Positions 27,233 to 37,420 of a stretch of 38,415 bases of DNA are shown piece after piece. The stretch comes from a virus (lineage: Duplodnaviria > Caudoviricetes). Below the pieces are notes generated by a model. The model was not told where the DNA came from and searched no databases. It saw only the letters and a program-made list of their open reading frames with translations. The DNA lies in IMG/VR virus record IMGVR_UViG_3300027888_000008, positions 1 to 38,415 of that record; one strand, written 5' to 3'. Position 1 is the stretch's first letter, and each line of letters begins with the position of its first letter. A program made the position numbers and the translations under genes.

Positions 27233-29986
27233 ATGACTATAGAAACACAATACAATTTATCACCTAATCCAGTATGGTATTTTTCAGATAGTGAAGGAAA
27301 TCCGCTTGCTAATGGTAAAGTATTTTGTTTTAAGGCAACTGAACATTCTACAGAAAAAGCTGTCTATAAAGACAGAGAAGGAACAACTGTTTGGGTTCAA
27401 CCAATAATTCTTGATTCAGGCGGTCATCCTGTAGACCCAACCAGCGGAGTTATTCAACCTATTTATTGGGCAAGTGATGAAAATTATTATCTTGTTGTTA
27501 AAAAAGAGGATGATTCACCATATTACGATGAAGATAATTTCAATGCTCCTGTCAATTTTTTGATACAACAAGAAATTAAGCCAACTTTCGAGGAAACCGA
27601 TAGAAATCATATTTTAAATTCTCAATTTCGGTTTTTTGACAATAAAAAATTAGAGGGTGCAAGCAGCGATTTACCTCCAAATGAGGATGTGGTTATAGCT
27701 GATGAAGGATGGACATTTAGAAGAAACAATGAAGAAGGAAACATTATTATTGAATTTAAGCAATTCAGCATGGGACAAAGCGATGTTGATAATACGCCTA
27801 CCTATTACATGAATGTATATGAAACTTCTTCTGGTGCAGGTGGTCAAACAGAGTTAGACGTTCAATATGCGCTAGGAAATACGCAAGATTTTTCTGAGCA
27901 AACGATGTCTTTGGGTTTGTCTATTATTTCAAATACAAGTTCTTTAATTACTGTTTTAGTTAAGCAAAACTTTGGGACAGGCGGCTCTCCAAGTTCAGAA
28001 GTTGTTACAGGTGTTGGTACAATCAGCGCAGATGGTACTTTTTCTGAAAAATCAATTAATTTCGAAATTCCTTCAGTATCTGGTAAAAGCAAGGGCACAG
28101 ATAACAACGATAAAACTAGTCTGATTTTCAGAATGCCGTTAAATGAAGCATTCAATATTGGTTTTACTAATTTTCAGCTTAATTTAGGAGAAATTCTTAG
28201 AAATTTTGATAAAAAATCGTTTTATCAAGACAGACTAGAAAGAAATGCTTATGAATCTGAAGTGGCGAGTGTTGAAAATGCTTATTATACAGAAATTTCA
28301 ATAGGAAATAAAAAAGCGTTTTATAATGACACTGGTTTTGTAAAAAAAATGCTTCGAAAAAATATTCCCGACGGTTATCTTCCTCTTGATGGAACGACTT
28401 ATGTGACTACAGATAAAGTGGATGCAAAATATAATTCATATGATGTTCCAATTACCTATGAGCGTCTTTATAACCAATGGGAAACAGAATTTGGAAACGG
28501 AAATATTTTTGGATATGGTGATGATGGATTTTTCCCGCTGATATATACTAATAACATCATTATCACAAATGAGAAAAAGGAAACAGCAATTACTGCTTGG
28601 GCTGATAATAATACTGGTTTTTCTTTTTCAACGGAAAGAGTTGGTGGCGATAAAGGATTTTCTGAGTTTGCAATTACAGTAGATGATTCAATAAACAAAT
28701 TAGAACAAGCTACTGAACCAAAAATGACATTGTCTGTTGTAAATACTTCACCCGGAACTGTTTCGGCTGCCACAAGCGGAAACTTGAAACCAGAATCTGT
28801 TGTGGTTGAAACAATAATTCCACCTAGTCCGACGCAGCCACAAGAATTATTTATTTATTTTAATCAGATTTCGGCAATTGAACCCGGTCATTATTTTTTA
28901 ATAAGTAGCACAACAACTGATTATTATGTTTGGTTTGGTATTTCTGAAGTTGGGAATGATCCTGCTATCGGTGGAAGAACAGGAATACAAATAAAAATAA
29001 CTTACAATGAATCAAATGTATCAATTATGAGAAAAATTAAATCGGCGCTTGAAGCAACAGGTGGCTTCTCTTGCGATTTTCTTTATCGTTTGATTTTTAG
29101 AAACAAAAATGATGGCGCTGTTACAGCACCAGACCCAGCTAATTCTCTTGGTAGATTTGTGAGAACCCATGTTGGTTCGCCGTCTGTACAAGCTTATTAT
29201 TCGTACGTTTCGCCAAGAGCAAGTTATTCTAGTGGAACTATAGCAGGATATCATTTTTTAATATCATCAACTATTGGAAATTATTATGTTTGGTTTAGGG
29301 TAGATGGGTTAGGTACCGATCCTGCAATAGGTGGGCGTACTGGAATTGTTGTAGATTTAAATGCGTCTGATAATCAATTAGCCGTTCTATGGAAGATAAA
29401 AAATGCCTTAGAAGGAAAACAGGCGAATAAAATTGTTTGCAATGCGGCGTCAACACTCAGTGGCAGCGAATATTTTCTTGCTAATAATTCATCTATAAAT
29501 TTTTATGTATGGTATACTGTAGATAGTGTTGGAACAGACCCACAAATACCATTGAAAACTGGAATAAAGATAGAATTATTAAGCACAGATAGCGCAAACG
29601 ATGTTGCAACAAAAACCGCTAAAGCGATTTCAAAATATTATTATAAGGTTCCTGATTATAGAGGATATTTTTTGAGAGCACAGGCTGTTAATTCTGATGT
29701 CGATGAAGGATTTGATATAAGAAACCCAACAGAAAGCGGAATTGGCGGAAATGAGATAGGGACAAGCCAAATAGATACAAATAAAGCACATCATCATTTA
29801 TTGCCAAGTGCGCTCTGGGGTAGTCAAAGTACAGATGGATTATCTACTTCTAGTTCAATAGCTGGAAGAAGTATTGGCTGGTACCAATATTATGAGTTAT
29901 CCATTTCACAAGTTCCTTTTGTTTCGGGAGAAGGCGGCGAAGCAAGACCAAGAAATAAAAGTTTATTATATTGTGTTAAATTTTGA
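27233..29986 (+). CDS. Tail fibre with an N-terminal virion-attachment domain and a split tail-collar domain
   Basis: GNPLANGKVF...PIILDSGG N-terminus; IPDGYLPLDG and VPDYRGYFLR; EARPRN C-terminus. Confidence 0.8.
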   Translation: MTIETQYNLSPNPVWYFSDSEGNPLANGKVFCFKATEHSTEKAVYKDREGTTVWVQPIILDSGGHPVDPTSGVIQPIYWASDENYYLVVKKEDDSPYYDEDNFNAPVNFLIQQEIKPTFEETDRNHILNSQFRFFDNKKLEGASSDLPPNEDVVIADEGWTFRRNNEEGNIIIEFKQFSMGQSDVDNTPTYYMNVYETSSGAGGQTELDVQYALGNTQDFSEQTMSLGLSIISNTSSLITVLVKQNFGTGGSPSSEVVTGVGTISADGTFSEKSINFEIPSVSGKSKGTDNNDKTSLIFRMPLNEAFNIGFTNFQLNLGEILRNFDKKSFYQDRLERNAYESEVASVENAYYTEISIGNKKAFYNDTGFVKKMLRKNIPDGYLPLDGTTYVTTDKVDAKYNSYDVPITYERLYNQWETEFGNGNIFGYGDDGFFPLIYTNNIIITNEKKETAITAWADNNTGFSFSTERVGGDKGFSEFAITVDDSINKLEQATEPKMTLSVVNTSPGTVSAATSGNLKPESVVVETIIPPSPTQPQELFIYFNQISAIEPGHYFLISSTTTDYYVWFGISEVGNDPAIGGRTGIQIKITYNESNVSIMRKIKSALEATGGFSCDFLYRLIFRNKNDGAVTAPDPANSLGRFVRTHVGSPSVQAYYSYVSPRASYSSGTIAGYHFLISSTIGNYYVWFRVDGLGTDPAIGGRTGIVVDLNASDNQLAVLWKIKNALEGKQANKIVCNAASTLSGSEYFLANNSSINFYVWYTVDSVGTDPQIPLKTGIKIELLSTDSANDVATKTAKAISKYYYKVPDYRGYFLRAQAVNSDVDEGFDIRNPTESGIGGNEIGTSQIDTNKAHHHLLPSALWGSQSTDGLSTSSSIAGRSIGWYQYYELSISQVPFVSGEGGEARPRNKSLLYCVKF

Positions 29987-29994
29987 GGTGAGAA

Positions 29995-30300
29995 ATGACG
30001 GCTTATAAAATAGACCCAAAGACGGCAAATGGTGATATAGGAATTTTTATTACAAAAACAGGCGCTATTACTCCTAGCGATACTGTTCCAATAGGACATC
30101 TTTGCACGTTAATTAAATGCAAAACAGTCGCAGGAGATATAGCTGTCAAAAATTCAATAACTGGTGAAATTAATATATGGCCAATAGAAGCAGGTGAAAC
30201 AGTAGCTATTATATACGATCAAGTTATGGCGACTAACACAACGGCTACTGGATTATATTGGGCTGTAACTGGAAATTATATCGACAATGATTATCATTAA
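29995..30300 (+). CDS. Small virion/tail-associated protein
   Basis: AITPSDT and QVMATNTTATG motifs; tail module. Confidence 0.55.
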   Translation: MTAYKIDPKTANGDIGIFITKTGAITPSDTVPIGHLCTLIKCKTVAGDIAVKNSITGEINIWPIEAGETVAIIYDQVMATNTTATGLYWAVTGNYIDNDYH

Positions 30301-30309
30301 AGGTTAAAG

Positions 30310-30468
30310 ATGAAACAAACTTATCAAGCAGCCAAAAAATTTTGGTTTATGATAATGAATTCGACAAAAGACATTATTTTGGATGTTATTGAGCGAATTA
30401 CAGCAGATGGCTTTTATCGTATTACCGCTGAAGACGACCAGCGTATTACTGCGGATTCGGAGTATTAA
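30310..30468 (+). CDS. Small virion-associated protein with three RITA(D/E) repeats (52 aa)
   Basis: ERITADGFYRITAEDDQRITADSEY; not in the ORF track. Confidence 0.55.
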   Translation: MKQTYQAAKKFWFMIMNSTKDIILDVIERITADGFYRITAEDDQRITADSEY

Positions 30469-30470
30469 TT

Positions 30471-31535
30471 ATGACAAAGAAAAAAATTAATGATTTGGCA
30501 TTGGCGGCTTCTTTAACGGCAAATATGCAGTTAGAAACCGATATTAGCGGCGCAACTGCTAACAAGATAAACATGCAGCAGATTTTTGATGAAATCGATG
30601 GGCGTGTTCCTAACGCATCCGTAGATGTCTTTACTACAACAGTAGGACAAACGGTATTTACATTAAGCAGCACACCAGCAAGTGTTGCAGGCGTTTCATT
30701 TTATCATGCAGGACAATTGCGCCCACCGACAGATTATACCGTAGTTGGAACAACGGTAACTTGGCTTGATCTCCCATATACTTTTGTCGCTGGAGAAGAA
30801 ATAATAATAAAATATAACGATGTAACAGGTTGCGCTCCGCCAGTTACTTCAGTATTTGGACGTATAGGAAATATTGTCGCTGCTGTAAGCGATTATGATG
30901 CCTCGCAGGTTGATAATGATAGCGGAGTTACTGGCGCAACCGTAAAAGACGCTTTGGATACATTAGATAGTCAGTCGGGGGTAACTTCTGTCTTTGGAAG
31001 AAGCGGAGCGGTGACGGCACAATTAAACGATTATGACGCTTCAGAAGTTAATAACGATAGCGGAGTAGCAGGGACTACGGTCGCAGCCGCGCTCAATACA
31101 TTAAATGCTGCAATCAGTGTAACAAAAACAATTGTGATTTATGCAGATTCAGGGAATGCAAACTACTCAAACAGACGTCCTAGAGACGTAGCAGGTGCTG
31201 GGACTTACAGATATAATTATTTTATTCCATATGATTTTAATACACTTACCGCTGCCTATATTGTTTTATATCCAACAAGCGGTGCTGCTGGCAGTGGAAA
31301 AGATATTGATTTGCATGAGGAACATACTAATTCAGTGGGTCAGTCAAATGTACAATATACTTCCTCAGATACTACCACAGTATATAACTTGGGTACTGTA
31401 GATACTAGATATCATTTGGACGTCAGTCCGCTTCTCGTTAATCTTGCTGCTGGAACTGATGGCGGCATATTGGTTGATACAAATGCAATCGGCGGAACTA
31501 TACATACTATGTGCATGGTAATTACTTACACTTAA
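30471..31535 (+). CDS. Tail fibre/appendage protein
   Basis: KKINDL start; GQTVFTL; two VTSVFGR.G...DYDAS.V.NDSGV repeats. Confidence 0.7.
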   Translation: MTKKKINDLALAASLTANMQLETDISGATANKINMQQIFDEIDGRVPNASVDVFTTTVGQTVFTLSSTPASVAGVSFYHAGQLRPPTDYTVVGTTVTWLDLPYTFVAGEEIIIKYNDVTGCAPPVTSVFGRIGNIVAAVSDYDASQVDNDSGVTGATVKDALDTLDSQSGVTSVFGRSGAVTAQLNDYDASEVNNDSGVAGTTVAAALNTLNAAISVTKTIVIYADSGNANYSNRRPRDVAGAGTYRYNYFIPYDFNTLTAAYIVLYPTSGAAGSGKDIDLHEEHTNSVGQSNVQYTSSDTTTVYNLGTVDTRYHLDVSPLLVNLAAGTDGGILVDTNAIGGTIHTMCMVITYT

Positions 31536-31545
31536 TGGTGATAAA

Positions 31546-31770
31546 ATGACAGATTATATTTATGAACGCGGAAATATTGAAAATCCGAACAGTAAAGACG
31601 GTGAAGAAAACCATATTTATTTAGCAAAGCAAATAGAGGAAGCTTTGCCCGGCAAGAATTTTAAAGTATTTTGCGATCCCGTAAATTGTAAAGTCGTAAT
31701 GGAAACTGAATTAAGCGGCGAAGAAAAAACCACCTTAGATAATACAATCGCATACCATAAAAGTTTATAA
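31546..31770 (+). CDS. Hypothetical protein
   Basis: ORF with SD in the tail module. Confidence 0.6.
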   Translation: MTDYIYERGNIENPNSKDGEENHIYLAKQIEEALPGKNFKVFCDPVNCKVVMETELSGEEKTTLDNTIAYHKSL

Positions 31771-31780
31771 GAGGTGAAAA

Positions 31781-31984
31781 ATGACTGTTTACAACTATAA
31801 ACAAGAAAAAGAAAATCAAGATGTTGATATTATTTCTATGGAAAAGAAAATAAAAACAGCTATTACAATGCGAAAATTTAATCTTTATCCTGCACGACCA
31901 GAATTTTATGTGGCAGTTGATAAAACACTGGAAGAACAGCAAAAAGAAATACTCGATAAAATTGTTCTGCCATATTTAGTTTAG
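31781..31984 (+). CDS. Hypothetical protein
   Basis: GAGGTG SD; weakly similar to the preceding gene. Confidence 0.6.
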   Translation: MTVYNYKQEKENQDVDIISMEKKIKTAITMRKFNLYPARPEFYVAVDKTLEEQQKEILDKIVLPYLV

Positions 31985-31994
31985 AGGTAATAAA

Positions 31995-33689
31995 ATGGGA
32001 TTTATTAGACACAAGCAAACATTTAATCTTGCAAAATCTTATGATGCGGTTCAGACATATTTCCTTGCAAAATATGGTTCAGACAGCAATAGCGGATTAT
32101 CAGAACACAAACCGTTTGTAACAGCAGCTAAAGCTTTAGATGTTGCCAATGCAGCAGCAAGCGTAAGCACTCCTGTTACTATTTTATGTTTAGACAATGG
32201 AACATACAGCATCCAGTCAAAATCAATAAACGATTATGTTGTTTTTTATGCGCCAAATGCAAAATTAATCGGCAATTTTATTGATATCGAAGGAAAATCA
32301 AAAATAATATGCGCTGAACAAGGAGAAGGATTTTTTGACTTTGTTGGGGCAACAGCTTCAGATATTGCATACTATACTGCAAGATATGTAAATGGCAAAT
32401 TTTCACCAATAAATACTCTGCGTATTCTTAGTGCCGCATCGGCTAATATTTCAATCGGAACACTAGAAATGGAAGTCGCCACAGGGACACCATATGGCGT
32501 GCTCGTTGATAATGCAAGCTCAATTAAAAATATAATTAAGATTGATACTTTATTGCTTGGAGCTAACAATGTAGGCGGAATAAATGTTGATCAAGGACAC
32601 GCAACCATTATCGTCGGACAAACTTTAAAAACTGGCTCATTTACTGGGACAACAGGAATAAAAGTTGCAGCAGGCGCGACGGCAGACATAATCATTCATG
32701 GTAAAAACGAGGCAGATACACCAATTAATGTAAACGATCATAATCACAATATTATTTCCACAGAACATGGAATTTTAATTCGCGGCAAAAGACCTCTTAT
32801 TAGCGCAAAAGGCTACGCCAGCACGCAAGCAGCGCGTATTGAAACTTCGTTTGCCGAAGGAAGTCCATCATCGCCAACAACAATTTTGCCGACCGCTGAT
32901 TTAGGTGCTCATATCGCTTATGGTGAAAGGCAAGACGGTTCGCTTTCAGGACAATACCCATACGTAGAACTATTACCTACTACACAAGCAGGTGATATTG
33001 AAGACGGGAAATATGTAATTACCGTAAATGATGTTCAGTCCGGCGGCTCAGTGATCAACCATACTGCTTTCAGTTATGCCGCAAAAACAGGCGGCGGAAC
33101 TGGAGAATACGGAGTTCCATTTGCTGTTGCAGGATTTTCATTACCGACGGCAGACGGCGTACTTGGCCAGCTATTACAAACTAACGGGAGCAAAGTATTA
33201 GGATTTGTTCCAAAACCAGTTTCTATACAATTCGGAATAGAAAATTTAATATCGTCCGCTCCAGTAATTCCACGCGATAATACTCCGCCTCTTATTTCAG
33301 AAGGAACGTTGATTAGTGACGGCGCTCCAACTCCTGTTACTTTTACAATCCCATTTACACTAAGCAGTTTGTCTAAAATGCTAAAAATTAGTTTATCTGT
33401 CGTTGTATGGGTAGATGCCGACGTGGCTGTAACTGTCGCTGTTTTTGAAAGCTTTGGCTCAAGCTGTATCGGCAAACGGTCGAAAAAAATTAAAGGCACT
33501 GATTCTACTAATAATTTAAAGTCGATTGAGTGGACTTTTTTCTATCAACCACCAACGACGCCATCAAGAACTTATACAGCCCGCATAGGCCCGGATGCAA
33601 CATGCAATCTAAGATTAAATGGCGATGGAAGCGATACGAGCTTATTTATTAATTATTCAAGTTTTACTATAGAAGAAGTCCCTGCTTAA
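31995..33689 (+). CDS. Tailspike/receptor-binding protein (beta-helix-like N-terminal half)
   Basis: YGSDSNSGLSEHKPFVTAAKAL...GTY motif; LPTADG..GQLLQTNGS..L.F fibre motif. Confidence 0.7.
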   Translation: MGFIRHKQTFNLAKSYDAVQTYFLAKYGSDSNSGLSEHKPFVTAAKALDVANAAASVSTPVTILCLDNGTYSIQSKSINDYVVFYAPNAKLIGNFIDIEGKSKIICAEQGEGFFDFVGATASDIAYYTARYVNGKFSPINTLRILSAASANISIGTLEMEVATGTPYGVLVDNASSIKNIIKIDTLLLGANNVGGINVDQGHATIIVGQTLKTGSFTGTTGIKVAAGATADIIIHGKNEADTPINVNDHNHNIISTEHGILIRGKRPLISAKGYASTQAARIETSFAEGSPSSPTTILPTADLGAHIAYGERQDGSLSGQYPYVELLPTTQAGDIEDGKYVITVNDVQSGGSVINHTAFSYAAKTGGGTGEYGVPFAVAGFSLPTADGVLGQLLQTNGSKVLGFVPKPVSIQFGIENLISSAPVIPRDNTPPLISEGTLISDGAPTPVTFTIPFTLSSLSKMLKISLSVVVWVDADVAVTVAVFESFGSSCIGKRSKKIKGTDSTNNLKSIEWTFFYQPPTTPSRTYTARIGPDATCNLRLNGDGSDTSLFINYSSFTIEEVPA

Positions 33690-34369
33690 AGCACAAGACA
33701 CATAGATGAACTTACAGTTCTGTTTTCCTGCTTTGAATCTTTGAAAAATGTTGCAGCAACTTTGCAATTAGATGGATTTTTGTCAATGCACCTAAAACAT
33801 TCATCTTGATCATCAGAATCTTTAATAAAAGTTTTTCCATAATTTGATGTAATTTTTTTATATAATCCTTTCCCTTTTGCAGCAAGTTGAAAACGCAAAA
33901 TTCCATATTTATTTCTTTGTGTTGGAGCAGTTTCATATCCACATATAACAGAAGATTCTTCTTTTGCAGGAGTGATTATTTCTTCATCAAGCCCATTTAA
34001 TATTTTCATTCGCGGTAGATAAAAACTGCAAATTTTCATATTAGTTGGGCAGCATTTAGTGGATGGTTCAAATTTGTAAAAAGAATTATGCGCAAGATAA
34101 TAATCAATTTCATTTGATATAATAGGCGCGCTATTTGCAAAAACATCCTGCATTTTCCAAGTAACGCCCTCTATAACGGCAGAATTATTTTCTCGTAATA
34201 ATCCTTTCTCTGTAAAATAAAAACCCGATATTGACTTAGTGCAATCATATTCATTTGGTGTTGGGCAAATAAATTCCTTAGTATATTCATCATTAGCATA
34301 AACGGATTTTATTGATAGAATGGCAATTGCTGCTTTTACAATTGTCTTAAGAATTTGCTTAATATTCAT
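33686..34369 (-). CDS. Moron-like secreted Cys-rich protein ending in CaaX (CLVL)
   Basis: Signal-peptide-like N-terminus; multiple Cys; opposite strand to its neighbours. Confidence 0.75.
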   Translation of the reverse strand: MNIKQILKTIVKAAIAILSIKSVYANDEYTKEFICPTPNEYDCTKSISGFYFTEKGLLRENNSAVIEGVTWKMQDVFANSAPIISNEIDYYLAHNSFYKFEPSTKCCPTNMKICSFYLPRMKILNGLDEEIITPAKEESSVICGYETAPTQRNKYGILRFQLAAKGKGLYKKITSNYGKTFIKDSDDQDECFRCIDKNPSNCKVAATFFKDSKQENRTVSSSMCLVL

Positions 34370-34434
34370 TATAGGATGCCTCTTTTTATATTATATTAAT
34401 TATTATGTTATAATGTCGGCATTGCACCAACGAG

Positions 34435-34929
34435 ATGATTATAATGCTTTTTAAACGAAAGTCAAAATTTTCCGATAAACAGTTCGTCAGATTAAAAAAA
34501 AGAATTATGGCTGAAGAAAGCCTAAAGTTATTTGCTTACAAAGACGATCAATATAAAAAGGGTCGTATAAGCATTGGCTATGGGACAAAAGCAAAAAAAA
34601 TGGACGATCGTATCTCTCCATTAGAGGCAGAGCGAGAACTTGAAAAGGTTTTAAAACAAACAATAAAAGAATATGGTTGGCTCGAGGAAAAATGCCCGTT
34701 TGAGATTAACGAAGTTCGCCGCGAAGCATTGTGCGATATGATTTTTAATCTTGGACTTCCAACATTTAAAGAATTCAAAAAAACTATAAAATTAATTATT
34801 AACGATAATCCAAACGATTGGCATTTTGTTGCTGCGGAAATGCGCGACTCCAAATGGTTTGATCAAGTTAGAAAACGAGCGCAGCGTATTTTATACGAAA
34901 TCGATACAGGGGAGTTTAAAGGTGAATGA
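34435..34929 (+). CDS. Endolysin, T4-like lysozyme (GH24)
   Basis: EE.LKLFAYKD, SIGYG, RREALCDMIFNLG and AAEMRDSKWFDQV..RA motifs. Confidence 0.9.
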   Translation: MIIMLFKRKSKFSDKQFVRLKKRIMAEESLKLFAYKDDQYKKGRISIGYGTKAKKMDDRISPLEAERELEKVLKQTIKEYGWLEEKCPFEINEVRREALCDMIFNLGLPTFKEFKKTIKLIINDNPNDWHFVAAEMRDSKWFDQVRKRAQRILYEIDTGEFKGE

Positions 34930-35581
34930 AATCACTATATCAGAACTAATCAAAATCGTGCAGCCCGGTGATGTTTTAATGACATCTGGCACAACACTCC
35001 TAAGCCGCCTAATTCGTTGGTCACAGCAGCTCGCTGGCGATCCAGCGAAATATACTCATATTGCCTTATTCGGATTGAAAGATACTATTAACAACGGTTA
35101 TATTTACGAAGCCTACAAAGATTTAAACCTACATGAACTGAAACAGTATATTGGATATGACGTCTGTGTGATAAGAAATGTTGACATGAATTTGCTGAAA
35201 TTCAAAACGAGGCTTTTTGAAATAGAAAATAATTTAGGTCAAATATATCCTTATCATCGTCTTTTTTTCCACTTAATAGATGGCTGCGCAAATTGGATTC
35301 TGCGAAATTTAAACTTAAAATCAAGAGCAAAAATAGCCAAAATGATTAATTTTGATCGCCCTGTATGTTCAGAGTGGGTTGCTCAAATTTTCAATGAAGA
35401 TTTTGAAAAATGGGCTGGTGTCGTTCCAGATGACTTTGACGACAAGCGTTTACAGAATCATAATCGCTGGAAAACAATTTTTGAGGGAAAATTAATTGAT
35501 GAAATCAAAATACCGCTACAAGAGAGCACGAACAATATTCAACATAAATGTGTGGATAGAGAATTTCAAACCTGTTTTTGA
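34922..35581 (+). CDS. Permuted papain-like NlpC/P60 (YiiX/YebB-type) peptidase
   Basis: QPGDVL, YTHIAL and VCSEWV, with His before Cys; GTG start. Confidence 0.8.
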   Translation: MNEITISELIKIVQPGDVLMTSGTTLLSRLIRWSQQLAGDPAKYTHIALFGLKDTINNGYIYEAYKDLNLHELKQYIGYDVCVIRNVDMNLLKFKTRLFEIENNLGQIYPYHRLFFHLIDGCANWILRNLNLKSRAKIAKMINFDRPVCSEWVAQIFNEDFEKWAGVVPDDFDDKRLQNHNRWKTIFEGKLIDEIKIPLQESTNNIQHKCVDREFQTCF

Positions 35582-35798
35582 AAAAGTTGACAGAAGGGGT
35601 GTATTTAACAAGACTGTAAACGGCGACACAGGAATGGTTCGCAGAAAAAATGATGACAAGAGAAATAATAATGAGAACGAAGAAGATAATTTTTTATCAC
35701 CCCCAAAAAGATTTAAAAAATGGGTAATGGGTCTGATTGCAACAATTATAACAGCAGTTGCTGGAATCGCTTGGGAATATTGGCGTTTGAGAAAATGA
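35499..35798 (+). CDS. Protein with a C-terminal TM helix (possible lysis accessory)
   Basis: WVMGLIATIITAVAGIAW; start uncertain. Confidence 0.45.
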   Translation: MKSKYRYKRARTIFNINVWIENFKPVFEKVDRRGVFNKTVNGDTGMVRRKNDDKRNNNENEEDNFLSPPKRFKKWVMGLIATIITAVAGIAWEYWRLRK

Positions 35799-35805
35799 GG
35801 TATTT

Positions 35806-35868
35806 ATGGAATTATTAATATTAGCGGTTGTTATGGCGACAGTCATGCTGATTCAAAAAAGAAAATAA
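35806..35868 (+). CDS. 20-aa hydrophobic peptide MELLILAVVMATVMLIQKRK
   Basis: GAGGT SD; single TM helix plus basic tail. Confidence 0.4.
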   Translation: MELLILAVVMATVMLIQKRK

Positions 35869-35894
35869 CCAGCGAATTGCTTAGAAAAACATTA

Positions 35895-35922
35895 TTGACA
35901 AAATAAAATCCGATATTATAAT
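35895..35922 (+). promoter_or_regulatory. Consensus sigma70 promoter for the rusA-array-recET operon
   Basis: TTGACA-16 bp-TATAAT. Confidence 0.8.
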
Positions 35923-35952
35923 GCCATTATATTCATAAGAAGGGCAAATGAC

Positions 35953-36504
35953 ATGAAGTCAAGAATTGAATTTTTATTATATACATATAATAAACCTACC
36001 TTTCCAGTTTCTGAAGGTTGGAAACTAAAATACTATTTTTCGCTTCCCTTTCCGCCTACCACAGGAAACAATCAATATTATACCAATCTTCGTCTAAATA
36101 ATTTTAATGGTTCAAATTTCGCATACAAAAATAAGTCTGTTGCTATTGGTTACAAAAACTGCCCTAATTATTCAAGGAAAAAACAAAAACCATACAAAGC
36201 AATTCATGTATTGAAAGACTGCATAAGAGATTATCGTCAATATGCAAAATATTATTTGGCGAATCTTGTCAGTAAACGCGGAACGATAAGCAAAACCGCT
36301 GGCGCATGCATTCTTATTGTCATGCCAGATAGGCGAAGGCGTGACATGGAAAATTTGTTAAAAGTCGTAAACGATGCGCTTCAGTACGCCAAAATAGTTG
36401 AAGATGATAAGTTATTTAGACGATCGAAAATAATCATAGCAGACGAACCCGATAAAATTGACCCAAACATTTCGTTTTTAATCTTTGAAAGAGTTGAACG
36501 ATGA
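35953..36504 (+). CDS. rusA: RusA-family Holliday junction resolvase
   Basis: LPFPPT.GN and PDRRRRDMENLLKVVNDALQ....EDD motifs. Confidence 0.9.
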   Translation: MKSRIEFLLYTYNKPTFPVSEGWKLKYYFSLPFPPTTGNNQYYTNLRLNNFNGSNFAYKNKSVAIGYKNCPNYSRKKQKPYKAIHVLKDCIRDYRQYAKYYLANLVSKRGTISKTAGACILIVMPDRRRRDMENLLKVVNDALQYAKIVEDDKLFRRSKIIIADEPDKIDPNISFLIFERVER

Positions 36505-36722
36505 AAACATTTGAAGAAACAGAGGAAATCCTAACTAAGATTCTTGGGTATGAGCCAAAAATTGTTGGTAAAAGATTTGAATTATTCGGCGCAAACCTAC
36601 GCGGCGCAAACCTACGCAACGCAAACCTACGCGGCGCAAACATAAGCGGAACAAAACTCGACAAAAAACATTTTAAAGAAGCAATCGGACTCCCAATTAT
36701 CAATGACGAGGTGAAAAAATGA
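36501..36722 (+). CDS. Pentapeptide repeat protein, array copy 1 (4 repeats)
   Basis: Both caps present with a minimal core; ATGA overlap with rusA. Confidence 0.9.
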   Translation: MKTFEETEEILTKILGYEPKIVGKRFELFGANLRGANLRNANLRGANISGTKLDKKHFKEAIGLPIINDEVKK

Positions 36723-37420
36723 AAACGTTTGAAGAGACGCAAGAAATCTTAACCAAAATATTAGGGCATGAGCCTAGGATTGTAGATGGAGAGTTTTGCC
36801 TAAGCGAGTCAGACCTACGCGGTGCAAACCTAAGCGGCGCAAACCTAAGCTACGCAGACCTACGTGGTGCATACCTACGCGGTGCAGACATACGAGGCGC
36901 AGACTTACGCGGTGCAAACCTAAGCGGCGCAAACCTAAGCGGCGCAAACCTACACGGCGCAGACCTAAGCTACACAGGCCTACGCGGTGCATGCCTAGTC
37001 GGTGCAGACCTACGAGGCGCAGACCTAAGCTACGCAGGCCTACGAAGCGCAGACCTACGCGACGCAAACCTACGCGGAGCAAACCTACGCGGTGCAGACC
37101 TACTCGGCGCAAACCTAAGCCACGCAAACCTACGCAACGCAGACCTACGCGGTGCAGAACTACGCGAAGCAGACCTAAGCAACGCAGACCTACGCGGTGC
37201 AAACCTAAGCGACGCAGACCTAACCTACGCAGACCTACGAAGCGCAGACCTACGCGACGCAAACCTAGGCGGCGCATACCTAAGCGGCATAGACCTAAGC
37301 CGAGCAGACCTACGCAATGCAAACCTAAGAGGCGCAGACCTAAGCAGAACAAAACTCGACAAAAAGCATTTTGAAGAAGCAAACGGGCTTCCAATAATCA
37401 ATGACAAGGTGAAAAAATGA
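36719..37420 (+). CDS. Pentapeptide repeat protein, array copy 2 (36 repeats)
   Basis: Caps plus repeat core; ATGA coupling. Confidence 0.95.
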   Translation: MKTFEETQEILTKILGHEPRIVDGEFCLSESDLRGANLSGANLSYADLRGAYLRGADIRGADLRGANLSGANLSGANLHGADLSYTGLRGACLVGADLRGADLSYAGLRSADLRDANLRGANLRGADLLGANLSHANLRNADLRGAELREADLSNADLRGANLSDADLTYADLRSADLRDANLGGAYLSGIDLSRADLRNANLRGADLSRTKLDKKHFEEANGLPIINDKVKK

